DNA of 60,695 nt, the filler included, from Globobulimina sp. (lineage: Eukaryota), in assembly GCA_003354225.1 (NCBI GenBank). It is 15 parts of 15 records of this genome, joined end to end, with 100 filler letters (N's around TTAATTAATTAA, not from the genome) between each part and the next. Parts side by side here need not be neighbours in the genome. Positions count along the whole stretch, not along the records: positions 48,652 to 52,600 come from PIVH01001839.1; positions 52,701 to 56,648 come from PIVH01001840.1; positions 56,749 to 60,695 come from PIVH01001841.1; 12 more parts are not named here. One strand, given 5' to 3'. The position numbers were made by a program, and so were the translations under genes. This document shows positions 49,992-60,695 of the stretch, in pieces (within the stretch, counting starts at the first letter, position 1; the number at the start of each line of letters is the position of its first letter). Below the pieces are notes generated by a model. It ran no database searches. It saw only the letters and a program-made list of their open reading frames with translations, and was not told the DNA's origin.

Positions 49992-52184
49992 ATGGCAATG
50001 ACGAATTTAAATTACAACAATCAGAACGACACCAACCCCAAACAACAACTAACTGAGCCCTCTCCGAAGCAACTCCCCAACGGCCATTACACCAATTACA
50101 CCGCCGCCAACCTATCCAACTTATCGCCCATCTACGAAGGCGAGATATTCGCGTCGCCCACCGCTACAATCTCGCCCTCCATCTCACACAATACAATTGA
50201 TAATAACCACGTGGTACTCTTCAACCACGGCCCTCCTAAACTCAATAATGAACCCATGGCCGTATCGCCCACCACAAGCACCTCCTCCTCCAATTCGTCC
50301 AACACACCAACGCCTACCACCTGCAACACAGCCAATTGCCATTCCAATTCATTGTTCAATATCGATCCCTCCACAAACAAGTTCAGTACCCACACCACCA
50401 CGCATTGCATAGCAATGACAAAAATCTCTATAAACAGTGCGCATTGCATCCCCTCGGTGGGCTTAATGAGTGCCAACCTGTCGAAAACATCCACTTCTTC
50501 CTCATCGCCGTCACCCTCCTTAGACACCACCGTCTCGCCCGTGACCAAAATGGACTTATATCGCGATTTGAAGATCTTCGAAGAAATGGATACGGAGACC
50601 AGCCACAACAACGTCACTGTCGATTATCTGACTGGTGATACCCACTGCGATTACCACGAAAAGCCGGCAAAAGCAGCAAAGACAAACAAGCATCGCGTCT
50701 CAACCACGCCGGTCATGAATGGCTGCAATGTGCGCTGTGTATGTCATATATTTCTGCATCATCGGTATTGTACATATGTATATATCTGCGTTGTATAACA
50801 GGTAACTACAGATTTTCCAAACATTTATAATCTGCCACATTCTACAAAATCAATGCCGGAGATAACTGGCAATGGCCATGTACCGGCACCACATTCCCCA
50901 CTGAACAGCAACTCAAACGACCATAAAACGCGCAAGAAATGCACTAAAATGGGCAAACAAGCCGCAAATACGAGCAGCAAACACAAGAAAAGCGACAAAC
51001 ACCGCCATAGACACTGCCATCCACATCGACACCGTCACAGTCGCAGTCGGAAGAAAAAAAGGAAAAAGTCAGCCGAGAATAGTTACAGTGACAGCGACAG
51101 CGAGTTGCAGAAGAAAGGAAAGATGAAAGAGAAGATCAAGAACATTTCCATTCTGGTCCCGGGCGATCCCAATGGTTTATATAAGTATTGGAAGCGCACC
51201 AAATCGCACAAGAAACGGCCGAAACACACAAAAAAGCCGCAGTCGCAGTGCAACGCAAACGATCCTTTGAGCATTAAGAACCGCGACCGACTGAACTCGT
51301 TCCCTCCCAACAACCACATTTATCCAAAGCAGTCGCCGCGTCCGCATTTGCATACTTTCCATACGTTGTCCTCGCCGTCGTCGTCCAACAGCAACTCGTC
51401 GTCGATGGGCAGTTCGCTGAGTGTCCCCATAAAGATCTGCAAATCGCAGAGTCTCTCCAATTTGCAGGACACGGAGCTGAGCAAAGCCATTATTATCCAT
51501 ACGCCCACCAACCACAACCACAACGACGAGAACCAGGCCTACAATGAGTACAGTTTTAGCGTGATGGGGCTGCGCAATTATAGCAATCAACGCGTCCGCC
51601 ATCGCCAGCACCAGCACCAGCAAATAGGCTGCGACCTGATGAGCCATCAACGCGTCCGAATGAACACGTATCCGCCGTATGGCGACATCACCGACAATGG
51701 GCACCGCACCGCGCCGAAGATCTCGTTGATCATCGAACGCGTCTCTCCCTCGCCGGGACTGCATAGCCGCACTGAGGCGAACTCGAAGGAGCCGCAATGG
51801 CATTATACGTCGCGTACTGATCATCGACAAGAGTTAAGCGGCAAACCTTTGATATATACACAATGGGCGCACCGCGAACCGTTTCTTTTGCACAGCAACG
51901 TTGCCGGCGAGGCGGACCGCGGCAAGTATGGCTGTTATGGCTATCCGAAGGCAAACAAAGTGATATTGCGCGAGAAGTGGAAGGACGAGGAGGAGGATGT
52001 GGAGATTGCGTCGTTGCCATTGGAGTGCCTGTCGGAGCCCAATGCGTCGCATATAAAAGGAAAGCGGAGGCGGCGCAAAATAGCACAGAGTCAGAAGAAT
52101 CTGTATAATATACATCCGTCGATGCCGTCGTTTATGAAAACTAAAAATAACCATTCCAATCATGGCAAGCTGCACGATTTGTGA
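49992..52184 (+). CDS. Low-complexity S/T/H/K-rich protein (two long exons, intron around 50738-50801)
   Basis: Two long same-strand ORFs with higher GC, separated by an AT-rich intron-like stretch ending ATAACAG. Exact splice sites are uncertain. Confidence 0.65.
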
Positions 52185-53409
52185 GTTGCATTTTGTTTGT
52201 CTTTGTTTCATTTCTTTTGTGTGTCGGTTTGTGATTGTTTTCTTTGTCTCACTTTATATATACAGTCTGTTATCATGTTGTTTTTACGGAATTTAAATTC
52301 GCTTTTTCCATTATTTCATTTTGCTTAAAACGTTGCAGTATATATTTTTTTGACGCAATTTTATTTCTACTATTTTTCAATTTTTTTGGTTTGTTTTTTT
52401 TTCGTGTTTTGGACATCATGAATAATTTCGCTGTGTTTCCAATCAAATGCACCGCCGTCATGAAGTATTTCTGTTTGTTTTTGTTTTTTAGTGTTATTTT
52501 ATATAATTGTTTTTTTTTCGGTGTGTTTGCTTTGTTGAGAAGTCTTGAAATCCTGTGTCTGTTCATAAGGTTTCTTGATTTGTTTTTTTTTTTCTTAATG
52601 NNNNNNNNNNNNNNNNNNNNNNNNNNNNNNNNNNNNNNNNNNNNTTAATTAATTAANNNNNNNNNNNNNNNNNNNNNNNNNNNNNNNNNNNNNNNNNNNN
52701 TTATGTGTTGACTAGAATGTTTTCTAACTAAGTTTTTCTACTTTAATATTCTACTCACCTTCGAATTACTCTTTCCTATTCCTTACAACCTATAACTAAG
52801 TTAGCAAGTCTCTACAATTGGGGGGTCAAGTGTTCAAACTATCCACGACAAAGAATTGCACCATATAAAAAAGGAGGAAGAAGGTACATATACCGATAAT
52901 TAACATAATTTATTCTAGTTTAGCCTACAGGTAATATGCGTACCTCTTATCGGGAACACTACTGTACACTTGATAAATTTTGTCAACACATGACATTATT
53001 ATTATATTTTTATTTGATTTTCATTTAACATTTTGATAATTTCATAAATTTTATACAATCTTTCAACACATTCATTGAGTGGTTTGTTGACTCCCATCCC
53101 ATCACATATGCTGTAGAAGGGGTCCCTGTGTTTCTAGTCTCTCAGATCGCGAAGTCGCGATCTGGGTACATTACAAACACAAACATTCTTTCTGGAGTTG
53201 TATGGGGTGGACATAATCTGTCATTAAAAGAACCACCATCTACATCAAGCCAAGCATCTGGCTGTATAACTCACACCAAGCATTTGTATTTTTGTGTGTG
53301 TAGTGCAAGGAATAACGCGTAGAAGGGGTGGCTGTGGGTGGTTACCAAAAAGAGGGCAGGGGTAACTCTTTAATGGAATCGCCATCAAGCCCAACAATCC
53401 GCCAAAATA

Positions 53410-53660
53410 ATAACAATCCCACCAAACCCACCAAACCCACCAATCACACAAATCACACAAATCACACAAATCACACTAATCCCACAAAACCCACAAATCA
53501 CACCAATCACACCAATCACACATCACACAAATCACACAAATCACACAAATCCCACGAATACCACCAATCCCACGAATCACACAAATCTTAACAGATTAAC
53601 AATCACACTAATCACACAAACAAATCACAGTGTGATAATCACACCTCAATCACACAAAAG
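53410..53660. repeat. Degenerate 9-bp tandem repeat (AATCACACA / AATCCCACA)
   Basis: More than 20 imperfect units read directly. Confidence 0.9.
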
Positions 53661-53898
53661 CACAACCCCTGAAACCGGTATTGACCCTTATATCAGTAAT
53701 CCGTTAAAAACCTCTCTATATGGGTAATATCTGGTAACATCATCAATATGTCCTGATTGCCTATCTATCGGCGGAGCCAATAAATCAAATTTCGGCACCT
53801 TACGATAATAATTAACATACAGTCTGGATAAGTTCACCTAATTTCTGCTCAATATACACCCGCAACTCATCAGGTAATTCAGTATTCTCTCCAACCCG

Positions 53899-55040
53899 GT
53901 GTGTGATAAACTGCTTACCATTGTGATTTGTCTCTGTTGTATTCTCGAAGAATTATATAGAAACACTTTAATAGTGACTCCATTAAACTCCCCTCCAAAT
54001 TATAACCATAACAACCGCACAAAAAACTGTCATAAACCATGGAATAACAAGATAAAAAAACTAAAGAGGAAATGCAAACGTTTACGCCGCCGAATCCAGA
54101 GATTGAAGCGGAAAGCAAAACGATACTCTACTGATTTCCAGCCTCTAGAATTAAATGTGCTGCAATCCAATAAGTTGAAAACGATAAAAATGGCTAAATC
54201 CAAATACAATGATCGAATAAATAAATATATACAAACTTGCAAGGACTATGGACGCCGTTTCTGGCGTACCAAATCAAATAATAAAACAAATGATATCAAC
54301 ACTAATAATATTCTACCGTTAAATTTTAAAAACAAAACAAATATAATTGACCCCTACCATCAAGCAAAAGCGTTACAAGAGGCCATGACCAGACCCTCAA
54401 AACCAAAAGCAAGTCCTATACATAATAAATGGCATAAATACGTAGACAAATTCGTCCCTGAATATCTCAAAAAGCATAGAAAATCACCAATAAATGACCC
54501 AATGGATGTGCATAACATTAAAAATGACAAAATAAAACAAAATAAAATCCGAGATCCGTCGCGAGTTAATATCAATACAGAATAATGTGAGATCCGATCA
54601 GTGATAAAAAACTTAGATACACACAAAGCGTATGGACCCGATAGAATCCATAACCAAATGATAAAACATGGAGGCGAATCACTCATTGAGTGCCTCATCC
54701 CTCTATTTAATAAATGTATGACTAATGGAGTATTCACAAGCTATTGGAATTTCTCCCACTTACTACCAATCCCAAAGCACAATAAAGACCACAGTAACCC
54801 TAAAAACGACAGACCCATTGCAGTCTCTTCGTGCTTAGGTTGGGTTTTCGAGAAAATCTTAGCGAACAGGCTCCAACATTTCTGTGTAACAAACAAGATA
54901 TTTGATAACTACCAATGTGGGTTCCAGATAAATCGCTGTTGCGATGATGTATTAACAACATTTATAACTGACATACAAACTTATTTTGATATGGTCAGTG
55001 ACACTGACGTTGTATTCATAGATTTTGCGAAGGCATATAC
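53899..55040 (+). mobile_element. Defective non-LTR (LINE) retrotransposon, ORF2 tether + N-terminal reverse transcriptase
   Basis: Motifs KAYGPDRI, LLPIPK..RPIAVSSCLGWVFEKIL, QCGFQ and VFIDFAKAY. In-frame TAA at 54583-54585; truncated right after DFAKAY with no YADD. Confidence 0.9.
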
Positions 55041-55670
55041 TATAATATATATCACGATGTTTTTTTTTGTTCAGAACTTAATAACTCCAAGACAAAACAT
55101 TTTCAGAGCTGATACTTGGCACAGATAACACTTACTGGCTCGCCTGCTCGGGATTAAAGTCAACTTTGGCAACGAGGTATTGAGTTTGAGTTAACGCCAT
55201 TTTAATGGTCAAAATTAGGCTAAATTTAACGATTTTTCGCAAAAACTTCACAAATTTTAGTCAACTTTAACTTTTGTAAATGATACTATTTTAAATTTGT
55301 ATTTACGTCATATTAGTGTGCTTCCAAATGTAAAATGTAACCTTTCTCTTAAATTTTTAGTTTTGCAGCTGCAACGAGTTTTCGCATAATCGCATAATTG
55401 TTCTATTTTTATTGAGGTTTTCGTATTTTTTTTATAAAAATCTGGGTAGTGTTTGTTGGTATAAAAGAATAAATATATTTATGGATAAGATTAAACAATC
55501 TGGGTAGTGTTTGTTGGTAGTTCTTTGGCTACATTATTTATTTTTCTGAATTACAAAAAAAACAAAGTGCTTCTATTTTTTGGATATTTTCAGAGTGTTA
55601 AAATTATAGCGAGGAATTTATAAAACTTTTTCACTTTTTTATAAAAGAATAAATATCTTTATCGATTACA

Positions 55671-56648
55671 TTAAACAAAAATGTCACTTTGTATCCTATC
55701 ACCGCGGGTTGTTTTAATTTCACTTTGTGGAGAAAATAAATCATCTGAATCATTATCAGTCTCATCATCTGCATCCATGATATCTGCGGTATTCACTCCT
55801 TCTTTGTTTACTTGATTCGTTTTCATTAATATTGTTTCTATATTTTGTTGCTTATTCTTTTTAGCTGCGGACACAATTGATGGTGATGCACTGGTTTGAG
55901 TTAATCCAATCACAGCTTCAGCTCTGCGCACATTCTTTTTAATTGTCATCAATTTATAACCATAGATCATCGATATCAACATTACACAACATATAATTCC
56001 TACAGCTGATATTATAGCACATAACAAATAAAATGATTTCCTATTCATCCCATCACTTTGTATCGGAGCTACATTTATTGCGGTTGATGAAGTTTCATCC
56101 ATTGCCACTCCAGCATGAGGGTCATCTGTAAATTAACAAATAAATGAGACTACAACTTATATATCACATATTACAATGATTTATTGATTACCTTTTGATA
56201 TCGTTGGTACTTTTATTCGCATTTTTGTTGGAACTTTGGTTGGCCTTTTTGTTGAATTTTGAGTTGGAACAAATGTTGGATTTTTCGTTGGATTTGTCGT
56301 TGGAACTTTGGTTGGATTTTTTGTTGGATGGATTGATGGATTTGATGACGGATTGAGTGTGAGCGCAGAGGATGGGAATGCAGAAGGATTTGATGTCGGA
56401 TTTGATGTGGGTTCCGTTGTTGGGATATCAAGGCAATAACATGTACAGTATGTACCACATCGAGCACTTCCAGTGAGCGATATAAGTGTTCCAGTATTTG
56501 ATCTGTCATTACATCTTTGATTGGAAGCACAGTTTGAAGTTATTGTACATTCAGAAGCACCATCTATTACTATGTTACATGCGTTTGCATTGCATAAATA
56601 TCCGCCGTCATAAATAGTGGTTTCTACACAATTTGCTTCACCCAATGT
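55671..56648 (-). CDS. Single-pass surface protein with Cys-rich ectodomain and PTxxPT mucin-like stalk, intron 56126-56191, 5'-truncated
   Basis: PTTEPTSNPTSNP...PTKNPTKVPT repeats. Spliced SK|DDPHAG. TM FYLLCAIISAVGIICCVMLISMIY. Confidence 0.8.
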
Positions 56649-56748
56649 NNNNNNNNNNNNNNNNNNNNNNNNNNNNNNNNNNNNNNNNNNNNTTAATTAA
56701 TTAANNNNNNNNNNNNNNNNNNNNNNNNNNNNNNNNNNNNNNNNNNNN

Positions 56749-56929
56749 GAGATCGCATCAATATATCTCAATTTCGTATAGTAATACTGATCCAAGTCAA
56801 AGGTATAAAGCATTGACTGCTCCCAAAAGATGCAGCACAAACTCAAGTAATAAAGAAATGTCACAGTATCCGGTTGTTAAATATATTCCAAAATACTCAT
56901 TGCAGGCATTATTACCCTCAAAGTTTTGA
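56749..56929 (+). CDS. 3' end of an unknown protein (ends ...LLPSKF*)
   Basis: About 58 open codons near the contig edge ending at TGA 56927-56929. Confidence 0.4.
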
Positions 56930-57011
56930 AGAAAAAGATTTTAATTTTTTGTTTGGTGTATTTTTATTTAATGTCAAAACAGCATAAATCACTTTTTTTT
57001 TATTTATTTTT

Positions 57012-58882
57012 TCAATCGTTACTCAACAATACATTTCTCGAATGTTTGTATTTGGAATATTTTGAAGATTTGGAGGATTTTGAGTCTTTCCTGTTCTTAT
57101 ATGTTATGATTGGTTTTAAAATCGCAACAACTGTAATCAAGTTATGGTCAACTAAATCCTGTATAACCTTTGCAATATCTTTGTATGCCAGCGGTGCTTC
57201 CTCGTACATTAAGCTTTTATCCCCACAAATAACATGACTTTGTAATTCCGTTTTTTTTAATTGATTTACATTTGGACATTTCTTGGACATTTTTTTTACT
57301 GCCTGGCTCCTCGTTAACTTTCGCCCGGCGCCATGAGCCAATGAATACCCATAATTTCTCTGTTCCTCGTTTGGTTTCACAATGTATGAATATGCGCCAC
57401 GTGAACCTGCAATAACAACATAGCCGCAATCACTCGGCGCCGCTCCTTTTCTATGAATGTACCAGAACTCTTCCTTGTTTTCCTCAAATATCGCTACCAA
57501 TTCATCCAAAATACCTATACACTGCGAATATAACTGTCCATCATTACTTTTCTCACAAATATCAACCACATCCCGCTCCATTTTACGCTCTGTATTTCCA
57601 CTGTCCATTTCTCGCAATATTTCTCTTTCCACGCTAACAAATTCATGTTTAGCTTTACCGCACAAATAATTATGATAAACATCAATATGACAGATACAAT
57701 TATCAAACGCAAAAGCGGTGCCTGCTCCCATGCAACGTAAAAACCTCTGAGCAATAATCATTCTATTTTTCCTCGCCCACTTCAATGCATTGTCATGCAA
57801 AAGCATATACGATTGAAAATCATCAGAGCCGACATCCAGCGGTTTCTGCGCTTTATGCGCTTTCAAATAATTGTCCAAAATGGCAGCACCAAAGCCTCGC
57901 GAACCAGAATGTACGGTAAGAAACAATTTATTCGCATCCCAGCCCAATTCAGCAAACAAGTCGCCATCAACGATCTGTTCAATACACTGCAACTCCGCGA
58001 AATGATTGCCATGGCCGATGGTCCCCAGTGCGTGGTCAAAGGCATGTATATTGACTCCATTTTGAATGACGGCATCAATGTCAATTCCATCTTCCTCTGC
58101 GTTGGAAGGCCAATCTATTAACTTATTACGCAATATTTGTTGATCATGAATCCAGGGCTCATCTAATTTGATATCATGGAGCCATCGATGCAACCTTTGA
58201 TCATTGACAATATCTTTGCAAATATTCGTTTCAATCAAAGCCATTCCGCAGCCGATATCTGTGCCAATTAAGTATGGATATACGTACTGCTGCGATACTA
58301 AACTGACGCCAATCGGATAACCTTTACCCGGATGAATGTCGGGTTGGGCCACCACTAATTTCATTCCTTTTAAACGTTGGCAAGCTTCCAACTGTTTCTC
58401 TGCATCGCTGGAGATTGTGGCGGATGATACAATGCAGCGCATCAAACAAATATGTTTTTGCGTTGCGCCCATTTCCTTACGTATACCGACATATTCTTCT
58501 CCCAGACTCACTGAAATGGATAACGCTGTAAAAAGAAATGATGTGTGATCAAATTCATTTTTTTTTGTTTGTTTGTTAACTTGTTTTGAAATTCTTAGCG
58601 TATTGAAGGGAGATAAGCTGTTTGATGTTGCTTTTGGTAATTTCTTCTCCTGTTTGATTCAGGAAGAACTTGTGTGGCTAATATGTGATATAATTTATAA
58701 TGACTTATTATAATTTGAGAGAATTTGCGTTGTTAACTCACTTTTTTTTTGATTCTTAGTTTGTCCTTTGATAGTTTTACCAGTTTTTTGTAAAATTTAT
58801 CGGTTGAGTCTGGTTTGATTTTACATGTTTTGTTGACACTGCGGTTTGCATTTAGACATATTTGTATTGTTATTGAAGCCAT
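57012..58882 (-). CDS. rtcB: RtcB2-type (PrfH-coupled clade) RNA 3'-phosphate/5'-OH ligase with extra N-terminal domain; exons 58882-58742, 58677-58581, 58525-57012; 583 aa
   Basis: Motifs QPDIHPGKGYPIG, IGTDIGCGM, LGTIGHGNHFAELQ, VHSGSRG, DVYHN, HRKGAAP, GSRG, SLAHGAGRK, SHVIC..LMYEEAPLAYKDI and PIITYK. Two phase-consistent GT-AG introns (64 and 55 nt) extend the ORF to an ATG at 58882. Confidence 0.92.
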
Positions 58883-58966
58883 TATTCGTGTATTTTAAAT
58901 GTCAAAAACTTAAAAGATAAATGCGTCGCCAATAGAGTCACTTTGCAATAGCGTAGTGCCGTCGTC
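58883..58966. promoter_or_regulatory. 84-bp divergent intergenic region (putative bidirectional promoter)
   Basis: Lies between the ATG at 58882 (-) and the ATG at 58967 (+), so both 5' UTRs and promoters must fit here or overlap. Confidence 0.55.
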
Positions 58967-60382
58967 ATGAGTCAATTCAGTCAACGTATACGTAAAAAGT
59001 ACTGCCGTTGGGGTGATGATTGTAGATATTTCAAACAAGGCAACTGTTATTTTTACCATCCACCACCATACAAAAGTAGAAGTATTAAAAATGAAACGAA
59101 TACTAATTACGTTTCAAAATCTGATTACGATGCATTTACTAATTATCCATCGAAACCAAAAATTATAGCAAATCCACGTAGAGAAAGAACTTTTGATCGA
59201 TCATTAATACAAAAAGGGATTAATTTCTTTGAATATCGCTATTCATTTGGAATAATTGGATATAAATTGGATGAAGCAACCGACGAATATTTGTATTTAT
59301 GTATACAGCATAAATACAAAGGGAAAGAATGGGGTTTCCCCAAAGGACATTTTGAACCAGATAAGGAATCAAATGCTGGCTACGATACAGCAAAAAGAGA
59401 ATTTACCGAAGAAACTGGCATTGAATTTAATACCACAAACATTCTCTCAGTCGATTGGGATAATCCATTCATTTTAAATTACGAATTTGTTCGCAATGAC
59501 GAATTACGCAAAAAATGGACAGTTTTATTTGCAGCAAAGCTGTCAAACACTGCCGCACCAAAAATCATTCGACCGCATGAAATTAACGCTGTTCAGTTTT
59601 TAAATATCGCGCAATTTCATGAAAATGTGCGACATAAAGAATGCAAAAATGTCATTCAAGCGTTGAATTCGACATTAATTAATTTAAAACCAGTGCAACA
59701 ACAGCAAAATAATGACAATGTAGAAAGCAAACAGGATTTTGAGATGGAGAGAGTTTTAATAATTTTGCGCGGATTTCCGGGTGCTGGTAAATCGACATTA
59801 AGTCAAGCAATAATCGGATATTATAAAGCATTGGATATTGGTAACAATGAGGTGGTTTCCTGTAGTTTTGACAAATATCATTGGATTGGAGAGGAAGGGA
59901 ATGGAGTATTTAAATTCGATGCGAATATCCATAGAGCGACAAAGAAGTGGTGCAAAGATGAAGTATTTGGCTCAATGAAAAAAGAAATGAAAGTTATTAT
60001 TGTCGACAATGGGAATTTTGAAATATGGGAATATTTGGATTATGTTAAATGGGCCAAACAGTATGGATATAAAATATTAATTATTGAAATTAAATCGGAG
60101 AATAAAATTAAAAGAATTGAACATATTCAGCATATCCTTAATAATGGTTTTGTGGCTGAGTGTTATTTGTGTGTTATGCAACAAACGCGCTGTAAAATGG
60201 ATATACCAAACAATGCAATGATTAAATTTATACAGAAATGGGAATCGGATAAGAACGCAATTGTTGTTGAGCCGAAATTTAATAAAAATGATGAATGGAG
60301 TAATAAAGAATTGGAAGTTATATTGAATGGAATGAAAAGTGCACAAAGTTTTGAATATCCAGAAGATACTTGGCAGGAATGA
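58967..60382 (+). CDS. CCCH zinc finger + Nudix hydrolase (Ap4A-hydrolase-like) + P-loop polynucleotide-kinase-like (N4BP2/AAA_33) fusion
   Basis: CRWGDDCRYFKQGNCYFYH; SFGII..WGFPKGHFE..TAKREFTEETG; LIILRGFPGAGKSTL..FDKY..FKFD..WC..IIVDNGN..WEY..AKQYGY..IE. Confidence 0.85.
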   Translation: MSQFSQRIRKKYCRWGDDCRYFKQGNCYFYHPPPYKSRSIKNETNTNYVSKSDYDAFTNYPSKPKIIANPRRERTFDRSLIQKGINFFEYRYSFGIIGYKLDEATDEYLYLCIQHKYKGKEWGFPKGHFEPDKESNAGYDTAKREFTEETGIEFNTTNILSVDWDNPFILNYEFVRNDELRKKWTVLFAAKLSNTAAPKIIRPHEINAVQFLNIAQFHENVRHKECKNVIQALNSTLINLKPVQQQQNNDNVESKQDFEMERVLIILRGFPGAGKSTLSQAIIGYYKALDIGNNEVVSCSFDKYHWIGEEGNGVFKFDANIHRATKKWCKDEVFGSMKKEMKVIIVDNGNFEIWEYLDYVKWAKQYGYKILIIEIKSENKIKRIEHIQHILNNGFVAECYLCVMQQTRCKMDIPNNAMIKFIQKWESDKNAIVVEPKFNKNDEWSNKELEVILNGMKSAQSFEYPEDTWQE

Positions 60383-60695
60383 CTATTACCCATCAATTAT
60401 TATATACTTTTCTAACTTTAGAACACCATTTAAGGGTATTGATCCGCTATTTTTTTGTGTTTTTAGTTACATGTTTTGTTTCTGATTTTTTCTATCCGCA
60501 TGTCTTGAATCCATTTTATTTCTTCATAGTAATTAATACCAATACCAATAATACATTATTCCATCTTCCAAACTTCTCTTGCTTTGTCACAGGATGCCAT
60601 CATTACTGCATTCCTAGTGAGCTCAAAAATCTTAGTTCATTTTAAATGGATGCTTGATCATGGTACAGCCAATTTGTGTATTTCTGATTGTGTTA

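Noticed and set aside
55439-55520. Two-copy direct repeat ATCTGGGTAGTGTTTGTTGGTA
   Set aside because: Simple local duplication in intergenic DNA with no further structure.
3962-56748. Regularly spaced TTAATTAATTAA motif every ~4.05 kb
   Set aside because: It is an artificial linker inside N-runs, not a biological repeat. Gene neighbourhoods across spacers are meaningless, and ORFs ending in X...LIN or X...N are artefacts.
57012-58511. rtcB as a bacterial contaminant contig
   Set aside because: Two phase-consistent GT-AG introns, a eukaryotic CCCH-containing neighbour and no prfH in the contig.
1-60695. Alternative (ciliate-type) genetic code
   Set aside because: Conserved genes read through with the standard code and end at TAA, TAG or TGA at the expected positions.
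60383-60695. Possible third gene of the RNA-repair cluster
   Set aside because: Only short, stop-interrupted frames with no recognisable motif before the contig ends.

Overview
This is not one locus. It is 15 eukaryotic contigs of 3,947-3,961 bp, sorted by decreasing length and joined by artificial 100-bp spacers (N44-TTAATTAATTAA-N44, stops in all six frames). The contigs are 1-3961, 4062-8021, 8122-12080, 12181-16137, 16238-20193, 20294-24246, 24347-28299, 28400-32351, 32452-36402, 36503-40453, 40554-44502, 44603-48551, 48652-52600, 52701-56648 and 56749-60695. The DNA is AT-rich, uses the standard genetic code, has short GT-AG introns (mostly 55-100 nt) and very short intergenic gaps. It looks like a protist, most plausibly a foraminiferan/rhizarian (inference). 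Recognisable genes include EXD2, a virilizer/VIRMA-like protein, a membrane RING-H2 ligase, a PTB-like RRM protein, VPS13, a GT47 exostosin, a GMC oxidoreductase, a USP9/24/34-like protein, RPL35A, UNC50, QCR7, a Zn2Cys6 factor, ALG6, a Sec7 GEF, a MavL-like macrodomain and a dead LINE. The best candidate for a new system is in the last contig. An intron-containing, bacterial RtcB2-type RNA ligase has an N-terminal domain that the ORF track misses, and it sits head-to-head, 84 bp ATG-to-ATG, with a CCCH-Nudix-polynucleotide-kinase-like fusion, suggesting an RNA end-healing and sealing module. The second candidate is an ankyrin-repeat protein carrying a RelA/SpoT-like (alarmone synthetase fold) domain. 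All family calls come from motif recognition by eye; no database searches were run.
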